Part shown: positions 18,841 through 27,920 of the stretch, one piece after another | How positions within the stretch are numbered: position 1 is the stretch's first letter | Layout: every line of letters begins with the position of its first letter | Origin: a virus | Lineage: Duplodnaviria > Caudoviricetes | IMG/VR virus record: IMGVR_UViG_3300032225_000976 | Span: 1-43,807 of that record | DNA length: 43,807 bases | Direction: 5' to 3' (one strand) | The notes under the pieces: model-generated | The model's input: only the letters and a program-made list of their open reading frames with translations | Told to the model about the DNA's origin: nothing | Databases searched by the model: none | Program-made: the position numbers and the translations under genes

Positions 18841-19907
18841 TGCTGATTCCGTACACCTACAGCCCTACGACGCAGGACTTGTGGTTGTACGAAGACTACA
18901 CGGCTACCTATTCGGGTGGCTCGGTCGCCACGAAGCGTCCGATCGCGTGGAATCCGAACAGCCCGCTGTACGGCTACCGCAACTCCATCCAAGGCATCTC
19001 GACGCGGCTGCGCGTGTTCAACAACTACTGCGGCAGCTCGCTCGCCACGCATTTCGGGTCATACAACAACGCCGCTCTCGACGCGAACAAGCCCGTCTTC
19101 TACAACTCGTTCCCGATGCACTTCGTCCTCGTGAGCGACCTGTTCATGTTCGGATGCCTGCATTGCTATGGGCAGTCCGGCGCTAGGAGCGCGACCGAGT
19201 TCTATGTCGGCAACGGTGGCTACGGGGTGAACTCGATCTTCGATGTCACGACGATGTTCCGCTGGCTCGACGGCGACGACAATGTGATCGAGACTCGCAG
19301 CCCTTCGAGCGTGCTGCGCGGATTCACGAGCCATAGCGGCTACACGCTGCAATGCCGCAACGACCTGTCGCTGTTCGAGCTTCCGTCCGCATCGTCGGTC
19401 CCGCCTGTCGTCGTCGTCGATCCGCGCACGATCGGCTACGGGGCGACGGCATGGATGCTCGACTCGAACCACAAGATCGTGCGCCTCTCGCATAGGAACT
19501 CCTATGTCGAGGCAGGCGTGGACAAGTATTCGTTCCAGGCCGTGAAGCCTGACGGAACGGCGCTGCCCGAGAGCGTGCAGATGTTCAGCGGGGACTCCCA
19601 GTCCATCGTGCTTGTCGAGATCCATCCTCCGTCCGATCCGAGCGCGGGAGATGGCGTGCTTGGTGTCGTCTCCGCGCATGTGATGAATCCAAACGAACTT
19701 GCCGTGGCATCGGACATCCGCGCCGGCTATGGCGACATCACGGCGGAAGGCACGCTTGCCAACAGCGCGACCTCGCTCACGCATCTCCGCGACTACTGCT
19801 CCGCCCGAGGCAGCGCGATGCCGAACCTACAGCGAGCCGCGCGTCAGGGCGAGATCGCGACCGAGACCAAGGAACAGCAGATCCTGACCATTCTGCAAGG
19901 ACTTTGA
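18840..19907 (+). CDS. Tail-module protein with trypsin-like serine protease motifs
   Basis: FVLVSDLFMFGCLHC / NDLSLFEL / FSGDSQS in His-Asp-Ser order; ATG overlaps the upstream TAA. Confidence 0.55.
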   Translation: MLIPYTYSPTTQDLWLYEDYTATYSGGSVATKRPIAWNPNSPLYGYRNSIQGISTRLRVFNNYCGSSLATHFGSYNNAALDANKPVFYNSFPMHFVLVSDLFMFGCLHCYGQSGARSATEFYVGNGGYGVNSIFDVTTMFRWLDGDDNVIETRSPSSVLRGFTSHSGYTLQCRNDLSLFELPSASSVPPVVVVDPRTIGYGATAWMLDSNHKIVRLSHRNSYVEAGVDKYSFQAVKPDGTALPESVQMFSGDSQSIVLVEIHPPSDPSAGDGVLGVVSAHVMNPNELAVASDIRAGYGDITAEGTLANSATSLTHLRDYCSARGSAMPNLQRAARQGEIATETKEQQILTILQGL

Positions 19908-19908
19908 C

Positions 19909-22188
19909 ATGACGATCACAGGACCAGTCGTACCCAAGTTCTTCAGCACGACATCGTCGTCCGCCAACGAGCCGTCCATCGCCCTCGATGGATCGCAGTT
20001 CGATGAAGGCGAGATCTTCACCGACCTCCAGACAGGTCGCATGTGGATGCTTGGATACAACGGGACATCCGCCGTCTTTCGTCCCGTGCTTCCGTTCGTC
20101 CGCAACAACGGAAGCCCGAGCGTCGTCGCCACGCAGGTGGTCAACGACAGCGGCATGATGAAGGTGCAGAACGCGCAGACCTCAACTGCCGGCGCGTTCA
20201 ACGCCTTCGACAAGTTCAATGTCACGACCGCTGGCGCGACGGTCACGAGCGGAACATACATCTCGAATGTGAACGAAGCGCAGCTCCACATCGTCCGCAA
20301 GGCGACCGCTGGAACGATCACAAAGGGTCAGGTCGTCCGCGTCGTCGGCTCGACTGGCTCGCACCTGACCGTCGAGCTTGCAGACGCATCCGTCGAATCC
20401 ACGGCGAAGACGACCATTGGTGTCGCAGCCGAGACGATCACGAACAGCGCCGATGGCTACATGATGACATCGGGAGAACTGACGGGGCTGTCGAATGTCC
20501 CGTCCACTTCATTCGACGATGGCGATCAGTTGTGGCTCTCCGAGACGACTGGCGCGTTCACCAAGACCCGTCCCACCCAGCCGGCGCACGGTGTCGTCGT
20601 CGGATGGGTGATCTCGGCGAGCAACGGCAGCAACGCCCGCATCTTCGTGAAGGTGGACAACGGTCAGGAGCTTAATAAGATCCACGATGTCCTGATCACC
20701 TCCGTCGCGGACAAGGATCTCATCCAATGGGACAGCGCGACATCGCTGTGGAAGAACCGTTCGCTTGCCAATGCGGGCATCGCGGCGGCATCGCACACCC
20801 ACACCGCATCGCAGATCAGCGACTCGACGACGGCTGGGCGGGCGCTTCTGACGGGCGCAGACGCTGCGGCACAGCGCACTTCCCTTGGGCTTGGCACGGC
20901 GGCACAGAGCGCCACGGGTGATTTCGCCGCTGCGTCCCACACGCACACCGCATCAGCCATCAGCGATTCCACGACGGCTGGACGCGCCTTGCTGACAGCC
21001 GCTGATGCTTCGGCTCAACGGACATCCCTTGGACTCGGCACGGCCGCCACAAGCGCGACGGGTGACTTTGCAGCCGCATCCCACACGCATTCCCTGTCTG
21101 CCCTCACGCAGTCGGGCGCGACGAATGGTCAGGTCGTGGCATGGAACGGATCCGCATGGGCGGCGACAACCGCATCGGTATCTGGAACCGTCACTTCGGT
21201 CGCGAGCGGAACTGGTCTGTCCGGCGGACCGATCACGACCACGGGAACCCTGACCGTTGATTTCGCCACAAGCGGAACCAGCAGCTCCACGAAGGCGGTT
21301 CGCGCCGACGACACCCGCCTGTCCGACGCACGCACGCCGAGCGCGCACAAGTCCACCCACGCCACGGGCGGTACGGATGCGCTTACGGCAAGCGACATCG
21401 GCGCTGCGGCTACAAGCCATTCCCACGGCAACATCACAAGCGCGGGTGCAATTGGATCGACATCTGGTCTTCCGATCATCACGACGGCAAGCGGTGTCCT
21501 GACCGCAGGTTCGTTTGGAACTACATCGGGAACATTCTGCGAAGGAAGCGATTCTCGCATTGGCAAGGTCACCGATGCGAACTACGGCGACATCACCGTA
21601 AGTTCAACCGGCACGGTGTGGACGATCAACGGCGGCGTTCACCAGTATCCGAAGGTCGCGCCAATTGCGACCATCGACTACACATCGCAGTTGAACACCA
21701 CGACGATGGCGACTTTCGCCTTGACTGCTTCAAGGTATTGGATGGCTCCATTCGTCGCTCCATCTGATTTCACGGTGGCGAATCTTCGTGCCTATATCAC
21801 TACGGGCGTGACGGGCGCTCAGGTCTATTTGGCCGTGTACGCATCATCTGCAACAAGCGGATACCCGACAGGTGCTCCTCTTGTCTCAAGCGGAGCAATA
21901 GCAGCCGCTACCACTAGTGCCTACGCGACATTCGCCACATCGCTGGCAATGACCGAGAACACGCAGTATTGGCTGATGATCGGATCAATGGCAACTCTTC
22001 CAACCGTAAGGTCTGGATCCGTTGCGAATGCCGCGAATCTAGGTTGCCTTCTGAGCGGAACGGCAAACTACAATGTCATCACGAATACATGGACCGCTGG
22101 AACCTACCGCAACTTCACTTCAAGTCCCGTTGTGGCGGCTGATGTTGCAAACGCCACTTCCGTTCCGCTGGTAGCGATCACGATCTGA
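19909..22188 (+). CDS. Tail fibre protein, 759 aa
   Basis: Thr/Ala/Ser-rich; ASHTH repeats; GTVTSVASGTGLSGGPITTTGTL and DTRLSDARTP fibre motifs. Confidence 0.8.
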   Translation: MTITGPVVPKFFSTTSSSANEPSIALDGSQFDEGEIFTDLQTGRMWMLGYNGTSAVFRPVLPFVRNNGSPSVVATQVVNDSGMMKVQNAQTSTAGAFNAFDKFNVTTAGATVTSGTYISNVNEAQLHIVRKATAGTITKGQVVRVVGSTGSHLTVELADASVESTAKTTIGVAAETITNSADGYMMTSGELTGLSNVPSTSFDDGDQLWLSETTGAFTKTRPTQPAHGVVVGWVISASNGSNARIFVKVDNGQELNKIHDVLITSVADKDLIQWDSATSLWKNRSLANAGIAAASHTHTASQISDSTTAGRALLTGADAAAQRTSLGLGTAAQSATGDFAAASHTHTASAISDSTTAGRALLTAADASAQRTSLGLGTAATSATGDFAAASHTHSLSALTQSGATNGQVVAWNGSAWAATTASVSGTVTSVASGTGLSGGPITTTGTLTVDFATSGTSSSTKAVRADDTRLSDARTPSAHKSTHATGGTDALTASDIGAAATSHSHGNITSAGAIGSTSGLPIITTASGVLTAGSFGTTSGTFCEGSDSRIGKVTDANYGDITVSSTGTVWTINGGVHQYPKVAPIATIDYTSQLNTTTMATFALTASRYWMAPFVAPSDFTVANLRAYITTGVTGAQVYLAVYASSATSGYPTGAPLVSSGAIAAATTSAYATFATSLAMTENTQYWLMIGSMATLPTVRSGSVANAANLGCLLSGTANYNVITNTWTAGTYRNFTSSPVVAADVANATSVPLVAITI
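20782..21090 (+). repeat. Tandem 144-bp (48-aa) repeat within the tail fibre, about 2.1 copies
   Basis: AAASHTHTASxISDSTTAGRALLTxADAxAQRTSLGLGTAAxSATGDF starts at 20782 and 20926, with a partial copy at 21070. Confidence 0.9.
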
Positions 22189-22212
22189 ATCACGACATCA
22201 TCAGGTGCTTCC

Positions 22213-22410
22213 ATGACCTTCGACCAGTTCACAACGATCATCACGCCCATCGCCGCGATCCTCGGAGCTGCGACATGGCTGCACAACTCTCTCAACCGCC
22301 TCGCCATCAAGGTCGAGGTGATGAATTCCAAGCTCGACGACTACGGCGAGCGCATCCGACGCATCGAGCACGAACTCGATGAACTCAGAAAGGTGAACCG
22401 CAATGGCTGA
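22213..22410 (+). CDS. Small membrane protein (N-terminal TM plus coiled coil), lysis-associated
   Basis: IITPIAAILGAATWL followed by a heptad pattern. Confidence 0.65.
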   Translation: MTFDQFTTIITPIAAILGAATWLHNSLNRLAIKVEVMNSKLDDYGERIRRIEHELDELRKVNRNG

Positions 22411-22609
22411 TACCACCACCGACACCACCGTCAAGCCCGGCTACAAGACGACCGAGTTCTGGCTGTCCCTCGCAGCATCCGTCATCGGATTCGCCTTCGC
22501 ATCGGGCGTGTTCCCTGCCGAGAGCGGCGGCGACAAGGTGCTCGGTCTCGCGGCCGTCGTGCTGTCGTCCATCGGCTACACCGTGTCCCGAACCGTGGTG
22601 AAGAAGTGA
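22403..22609 (+). CDS. Putative holin (2 TM)
   Basis: KPGYKTTEFWL motif, two hydrophobic helices, basic C-terminus. Confidence 0.7.
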   Translation: MADTTTDTTVKPGYKTTEFWLSLAASVIGFAFASGVFPAESGGDKVLGLAAVVLSSIGYTVSRTVVKK

Positions 22610-22610
22610 C

Positions 22611-22817
22611 ATGGTCGAGCGAATCGTCGCCGCCGTGTGCGTCGCGCTGCTCGGCTGGCTCGACAAGCGCATCGCTCAGAGCGCGGTTGCCGTTGATGCT
22701 GACGCTGATCGCGAGCATCTTCGCCGTGCTGGTGATCGGATTCGCGAGTGGGTGCGGGCGAACGGTACTCGTGACCGAGGACAGCCCGATTCGAGTGGGA
22801 CCGTCAACAAAGGCTAG
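22611..22817 (+). CDS. Putative i-spanin-like membrane protein
   Basis: N-terminal TM IVAAVCVALLGWL; overlaps a lipoprotein ORF in another frame. Confidence 0.5.
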   Translation: MVERIVAAVCVALLGWLDKRIAQSAVAVDADADREHLRRAGDRIREWVRANGTRDRGQPDSSGTVNKG

Positions 22818-22929
22818 GGTCTACACGCTCAACAACGGCGAGTGGACGCTGTCAGGAAACACCGTCACGATCCCCGAGGGGTGGTACTGCGTGCCGCCAT
22901 CCTTCGTACACGAAGAGACAGCCAAATGA
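22696..22929 (+). CDS. Putative lipoprotein (o-spanin-like)
   Basis: Signal-like MLTLIASIFAVLVIGF with lipobox ASG-C; overlaps 22611-22817. Confidence 0.6.
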   Translation: MLTLIASIFAVLVIGFASGCGRTVLVTEDSPIRVGPSTKARVYTLNNGEWTLSGNTVTIPEGWYCVPPSFVHEETAK

Positions 22930-23798
22930 CTCCAATCGACCGAACGCAGGTGTTCAAGGCAGACAAGTCGGTCCTCCGCATCGACTACCGCCCAGCCAAG
23001 GCATCCGACCCCCTGTGGTTCCTGCTTCGGTCCGACGCGCATCACGACAACGCGCACACGGACATCGCGATGGAACGCGCGCATCTTGACGAAGCGAAGC
23101 GCAGGGATGCGCTCATCCTTGACAACGGAGACCTGCATTGCGCGATGCAGGGCAAGTGGGACAAGCGCGCCGACCGTTCGGCGATGCGTCCTGAGTACCA
23201 GTACGGCAACTACCTCGACAAGATCGTGGACGAGGCGGTCAAGTTCTACTCGCCATATGCCCGCAACTGGTGCATGATGGGTCTCGGCAACCACGAGACC
23301 GCGATGCTGAAGCACCACGAGACGAACCTGACCGAGCGGACGGTCGAGCGGCTCAAGCTGCAAGGCGCGACCCATCTCCAGTCGTGCGGCTACGCCGGCT
23401 GGATCCGCGTGGTGATCTACGCTCCGAACACCCGCAAGATGGCGAGCCTGTGGATGTACCACCACCACGGCTACGGCGGCGGCGGACCCGTCACCCGTGG
23501 AACCATCCAGACGGCGCGCATGGCAGTCTACCTGCCCGACGCGGACATCGTGTGGACGGGTCACACGCACGACCAATGGATCGTCCCCATCGAGCGGTAT
23601 CGCGTGACGAGCGCCGACCGCCCGTACCTCGACCGCCAGACCCATGTCCGAACCCCAGGCTACAAGGACGAGTTCAGCCCGCAGGAAGGCTGGCACACCG
23701 AGCGCGGCGGCGCTCCAAAGCCCCGTGGCGCGCTTTGGATGAAGGTCTGGATGACGAACGACGCTATCGTAGAGTACGAACTAACGGAGGCTAGGTAA
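22926..23798 (+). CDS. Calcineurin-like metallophosphoesterase
   Basis: SDAH, NGDL, GNHE, HHG and GHTH motifs. Confidence 0.9.
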   Translation: MTPIDRTQVFKADKSVLRIDYRPAKASDPLWFLLRSDAHHDNAHTDIAMERAHLDEAKRRDALILDNGDLHCAMQGKWDKRADRSAMRPEYQYGNYLDKIVDEAVKFYSPYARNWCMMGLGNHETAMLKHHETNLTERTVERLKLQGATHLQSCGYAGWIRVVIYAPNTRKMASLWMYHHHGYGGGGPVTRGTIQTARMAVYLPDADIVWTGHTHDQWIVPIERYRVTSADRPYLDRQTHVRTPGYKDEFSPQEGWHTERGGAPKPRGALWMKVWMTNDAIVEYELTEAR

Positions 23799-23803
23799 CC
23801 ACC

Positions 23804-24166
23804 ATGGCAGCAGGCATCTACAACTTCTCGATCGAGCAGGGAACGACCTTCGTCCGCAACTTCGCATACAGCGATGCCAACGGGGATCCCATCGACCTGA
23901 CGGGCTACACGGCGCGGATGCAGGGCCGCGCGTCCTACTCGTCGACCAGCACGGTCTTCACCGTCTCGACCCCGACGCTGTCGCCTGGAACTGGTCTCAC
24001 GATCCCCACGCCGGCAAACGGCACGGTGGTCCTCACGATGTCCGCCACGACGACTTCCGCGCTCCCGTGCGGCGGCGTGTACGACCTTGAGATCATCAGC
24101 TCGGGCGGCGATGTGACCCGCCTGCTTCAGGGAACCTTCACGCTCGTGCCGGAGTCCACGCGATGA
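23804..24166 (+). CDS. Baseplate/fibre-adaptor-like beta protein (BppU N-terminal-like)
   Basis: IEQGTTF...PIDLTGYTARMQ...VYDLEI...RLLQGTF pattern. Confidence 0.65.
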   Translation: MAAGIYNFSIEQGTTFVRNFAYSDANGDPIDLTGYTARMQGRASYSSTSTVFTVSTPTLSPGTGLTIPTPANGTVVLTMSATTTSALPCGGVYDLEIISSGGDVTRLLQGTFTLVPESTR

Positions 24167-24981
24167 ATGTGACCATCTCGAACGCCGACACGCGCAATGT
24201 GACCGTCACCGCCGATGCCGTCATCGGGAACATCGCTCGGTCGAAGTCCTATCCCTCGTACATGAAGGAATGCGACTTCACTTCTTCAGCGGAACCATTT
24301 ATGGTTCGCGCAACTAGCGGGGCGAACATCGAGGATCCCACGGCGGCATTGTGTTTGGTCACGATGTCAAACAGCAATGGTGTGATCGGACAAGCCCAAC
24401 TCGGCATTTCTTCTGGGAAACAGTATCCAAGAATTGGAATCTACGACGCAGCTCGCGATGCCTCGATCCTGGAAACTCCAACCAGCGGAACAGTCAACAC
24501 ATCGCTTGCGTTTGGGTATGGAGAAATGGAATTCTCCGCGCGACTTCTTCCGACGCTGATCAGTTCATCCAGCATGTTTGTTGGAGTTGGGTACAGCCTG
24601 ACTCATGCTGGAGCGCATAGCGGCCATACTGGACTTGCTTCCAAATGGCAAAATGCATGTTGCTTCGGATTCACATCCCTGTCATCGAACTGGTATGTCA
24701 TTCACGGCAGCGAATTTTCCATTTCCGGCATTGACACGGGAGTATCGGCTACCGATGCCATGCACTTCTTGTCCATCAATGTGAGCGCCGATGGAAACAC
24801 GGCCAAGTTCTACATCGATGGCAATCTCGTTCAGACGCTCACCGATCCCGGCGATGAAAGCGTGTTTGCAAGGGATGACATGCGCGCTTGCATTGAGTTC
24901 CGAGACGCGCAAGCGACATCCGTTGTCGGATCGGTTCATGTTGATTACATGCGTAACGCCATCTACAAGGCTTCCCGCTAA
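24163..24981 (+). CDS. Putative receptor-binding/lectin-like tail protein
   Basis: Beta-rich; HFLSINV..AKFYIDGNLV..VDYM; lower GC. Confidence 0.55.
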   Translation: MNVTISNADTRNVTVTADAVIGNIARSKSYPSYMKECDFTSSAEPFMVRATSGANIEDPTAALCLVTMSNSNGVIGQAQLGISSGKQYPRIGIYDAARDASILETPTSGTVNTSLAFGYGEMEFSARLLPTLISSSSMFVGVGYSLTHAGAHSGHTGLASKWQNACCFGFTSLSSNWYVIHGSEFSISGIDTGVSATDAMHFLSINVSADGNTAKFYIDGNLVQTLTDPGDESVFARDDMRACIEFRDAQATSVVGSVHVDYMRNAIYKASR

Positions 24982-24990
24982 GGAGACCAC

Positions 24991-25725
24991 ATGGAAATCC
25001 TAGTCACCGAGAACGCGACATCGAACATGGTCTCCATCACCGACTCGGGGATCATCGCGACTCCCGCGTATGTGACGCGCACCTATGACCCGCGCGTGCT
25101 GTGCCGGCAGTTCACCGATGGATTCGACAAGGGGCAGTTCACGGAAACAACCTCTCTTTCTGGCGGCATCAACTACACGACAAATAGTCGTTCTGGACTC
25201 GCTCAGCTTACTTCGGCGGCAGGAACCAACAACAGCAAGGCGGAGCTTGCTTCCCTTTCCGTGGCCAACATCCCTCTCGCTAGCGGAGAGCTGCATTTCT
25301 CCGCTCTTGTTCAGGTCTTGTCACCGCAGACAAACACCACATTCAGGATGGCCGTTGGATTCTTTGCATCGTCAACACCGGCTCCATCGGCACATGCTGG
25401 ATTCAGGCTTGGGACATTCACATCATCCACCGTCGCCAACTCCTCTTGGTGGATCTCCTACATGTCCACCAGCGGTTCCGATGTGTGGGTGAACACGACG
25501 GCTGATCCGACATCGACGAATATCCTTGGGGTATCGTCCAACTCCAATGGAACCGAGTTTTACTTCAGCGTGAATGGAGCGGTTGTCCTCACGGCGACCG
25601 ATGTTGAGACGGATTCGGGCAATTGCAAGGCTGGAGCCTTTGTTACTTCGGTTGGAACTGGATCCGTTAGCCCAAGCAACCTTCAGCTCGACTACATGAT
25701 CTGCGACCAGTACCTCAGCCGCTAA
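24991..25725 (+). CDS. Putative receptor-binding/lectin-like tail protein, paralogue of the previous gene
   Basis: GELHFSA..FYFSVNGAVV..LDYM; AAGGAG RBS; lower GC. Confidence 0.55.
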   Translation: MEILVTENATSNMVSITDSGIIATPAYVTRTYDPRVLCRQFTDGFDKGQFTETTSLSGGINYTTNSRSGLAQLTSAAGTNNSKAELASLSVANIPLASGELHFSALVQVLSPQTNTTFRMAVGFFASSTPAPSAHAGFRLGTFTSSTVANSSWWISYMSTSGSDVWVNTTADPTSTNILGVSSNSNGTEFYFSVNGAVVLTATDVETDSGNCKAGAFVTSVGTGSVSPSNLQLDYMICDQYLSR

Positions 25726-25736
25726 GGAGCGAACCC

Positions 25737-25988
25737 ATGGCGCGCAAGAAGGAAGAGCCTGATGACGACATCACTCCCCTGTACATCGCCGAGAAGGCGG
25801 CGCGCGAGTTCGTCGAGCAGATTGGAGCCGACGCGGTGGTCATCCTGTGGACGGTGCAGAACAAGCGCATGACCAAGTTCTGGCGGCATCAGATCGGCAA
25901 CGGCATCCTGTGCAACGCGCTGATCGAGAAGACCGCAGAGGAGCAGCAGGAAGCCGAGATCGAGGAAGAGGAAGAAGAGGACGACTGA
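25737..25988 (+). CDS. Hypothetical protein with acidic tail, 83 aa
   Basis: AAGGAG RBS; EEEEEEDD C-terminus. Confidence 0.75.
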   Translation: MARKKEEPDDDITPLYIAEKAAREFVEQIGADAVVILWTVQNKRMTKFWRHQIGNGILCNALIEKTAEEQQEAEIEEEEEEDD

Positions 25989-27908
25989 ATGCTGACGAGA
26001 TGCTGTCAATCGTGCTGCACATGGGGTGATTGCCTGCACGGACCGAACATCGAGGACGGATGCTGCCATGCGTGCGACATGCTCGCGCTGTGGTGCAAGC
26101 GCCCTGCGGTGTCGATCCAGCAGCACTACACGCTCGGGATGCCTGTCAACTGCGAGACCTGCTACACCGAGTCGTTCGCAGAGATGCCGCCCGTGCAGGC
26201 GCTCTACAGGTACTACAAGTCGTTCTACCGCTGCGTGTTTCCCGATCCAGCCGGCGGAATCCTGTCGCTGCTCGACAACCTTCCCGACGAACCATGTCCC
26301 GATCCCGCGTGCGAGACGGGGTACGACGACTGCTGCGACAAGAACTTCAACAGCTTCGACTGCCAATGCAACGGCTGGTTCGCCGATGGCATCGGCGGTC
26401 TCTCGACATGGCGGCGCGAGCAGTTGTGGGCTGACGACGCAAGCAAGTGGTTCATCGAGTCGTTCTGCTTCGCGAATGGCCTGTCGCTCGGTGGATCGGC
26501 ATCGCTTGGTCGCCTGAGCGGACAGCTCCTCGCCATCGTCTATTTCGAGCGATGGTGGAAGATCGCCGAGGACTGCGGCGAGGCAAAGATCGTTGTCCCT
26601 GATTGCCCAGGCGGCGAGTGCGGCGGCGTTCCGTACCAGACCGACGACCTCGTGCCGCGCTGGTGGATCTACGCCTGTAGCGGCGTTCCGCTCTACGATT
26701 TCGAGATCGACGACGCTGTGCGCTTCGGCGTTATCACCGCGAAAGATGCGGAGATTCTCCGCATCGACATCTCGATGCGCGTGCAGCCCGACCAGATCGT
26801 GCTGAAGAAGCTCGCGGAGGCTGGATACCTCCAGGCGCGCGACTGGCGTGCCGAGCAGCGGCAGGCGTACATCGACCTCGACACGCGGTTCCCCGGCGCT
26901 GGCTACGACGCTTGCATCGAGAATGTCGAGGACATGCACACGCTTGGGCCGTTCCGCAAGCGGCTCACCGAGCCTGTGGTCGGCACGAGCGTCGATCCGC
27001 TGATGAAGAAGAGCCACATCGTCACGGAGTCAGCCGCGCTGCAAGCCGACTGCTTCATCCCGTACCCTGGCAGCTCGACCGATCAGACTGACTACGACTA
27101 CTGGTCGGAGCGTCAATGGGTCTACTTCCGTGGCGTGCCGGGCGGATGGACATGGGCGGGTTGGAACGCTCCGTCCGATGGCGACTGCCTTGGTCTCGGT
27201 CTCAACGAGGAGGACGCGATCCTTCGAGGCTGCGGGCGCAACGACCAGTCGTGCATCGAGGCGTTCAAGGGCAACCCGCGACCAAGCCCCACATGCGCGC
27301 CATGCTCGACCATCAATTCCGCGCTCACGCCGTGCAACCATTGCACGGGCGGATGCGACGAGTGCGGCATCACGGCTGCTGTTCAATGCGCCGACGACAA
27401 CACTCCCGTGACGACGAAGTGCCAGAACTTCACCATCGTGCCGTCATGCGAGGGCATCCGCTTCATCTACGCCGAGTACAGGGTCAAGAACGAATACACC
27501 TTCAACATCGGATCTGGAGAGTTCGAGCAGACCCACAAATATGTCTGCTACCAGTCCGTCGCCTCGTACCTGACCGAGGTGAAGCGCAGCGTGAACTCGT
27601 GGGACAGCGCGATCCCGTTCCAATGCCGCACGGAGTCGCCCGCGCTGCCTGCGTTCCATGCATGGGACGAGATCGAGGGCGGGCATGTCGGTCATTCGGG
27701 CATCTGCAACCCGCTCTCCGCCGGCGACTTCTCCCAGTACACGAACGCGGATCTGTGCGCGGGCGGCATCTGCTACGCGGAGGAGTTCTGCCCGATCCCA
27801 TGGCCGCTGACTGGCGAGCGGAACAACGCCGCAGCGGACACCGACTGCCCGCCGCATTCCACGACAGAGCAGGTCGCGTGCATCGGGCATACGATCGACT
27901 GCCCGTAA
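25989..27908 (+). CDS. Cysteine-rich protein, 639 aa (about 46 Cys), function unknown
   Basis: Long ORF with phage-typical codon usage, GAGG RBS, CC/CxxC/CxC clusters. Confidence 0.85.
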   Translation: MLTRCCQSCCTWGDCLHGPNIEDGCCHACDMLALWCKRPAVSIQQHYTLGMPVNCETCYTESFAEMPPVQALYRYYKSFYRCVFPDPAGGILSLLDNLPDEPCPDPACETGYDDCCDKNFNSFDCQCNGWFADGIGGLSTWRREQLWADDASKWFIESFCFANGLSLGGSASLGRLSGQLLAIVYFERWWKIAEDCGEAKIVVPDCPGGECGGVPYQTDDLVPRWWIYACSGVPLYDFEIDDAVRFGVITAKDAEILRIDISMRVQPDQIVLKKLAEAGYLQARDWRAEQRQAYIDLDTRFPGAGYDACIENVEDMHTLGPFRKRLTEPVVGTSVDPLMKKSHIVTESAALQADCFIPYPGSSTDQTDYDYWSERQWVYFRGVPGGWTWAGWNAPSDGDCLGLGLNEEDAILRGCGRNDQSCIEAFKGNPRPSPTCAPCSTINSALTPCNHCTGGCDECGITAAVQCADDNTPVTTKCQNFTIVPSCEGIRFIYAEYRVKNEYTFNIGSGEFEQTHKYVCYQSVASYLTEVKRSVNSWDSAIPFQCRTESPALPAFHAWDEIEGGHVGHSGICNPLSAGDFSQYTNADLCAGGICYAEEFCPIPWPLTGERNNAAADTDCPPHSTTEQVACIGHTIDCP

Positions 27909-27920
27909 GGAGAGACCACG

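Noticed and set aside
19909-25725. Diversity-generating retroelement or invertible tail-fibre switch
   Set aside because: No reverse transcriptase, no TR/VR pair differing at adenines, and no inverted fibre segments flanked by repeats were seen; the recombinase is 14 kb away.
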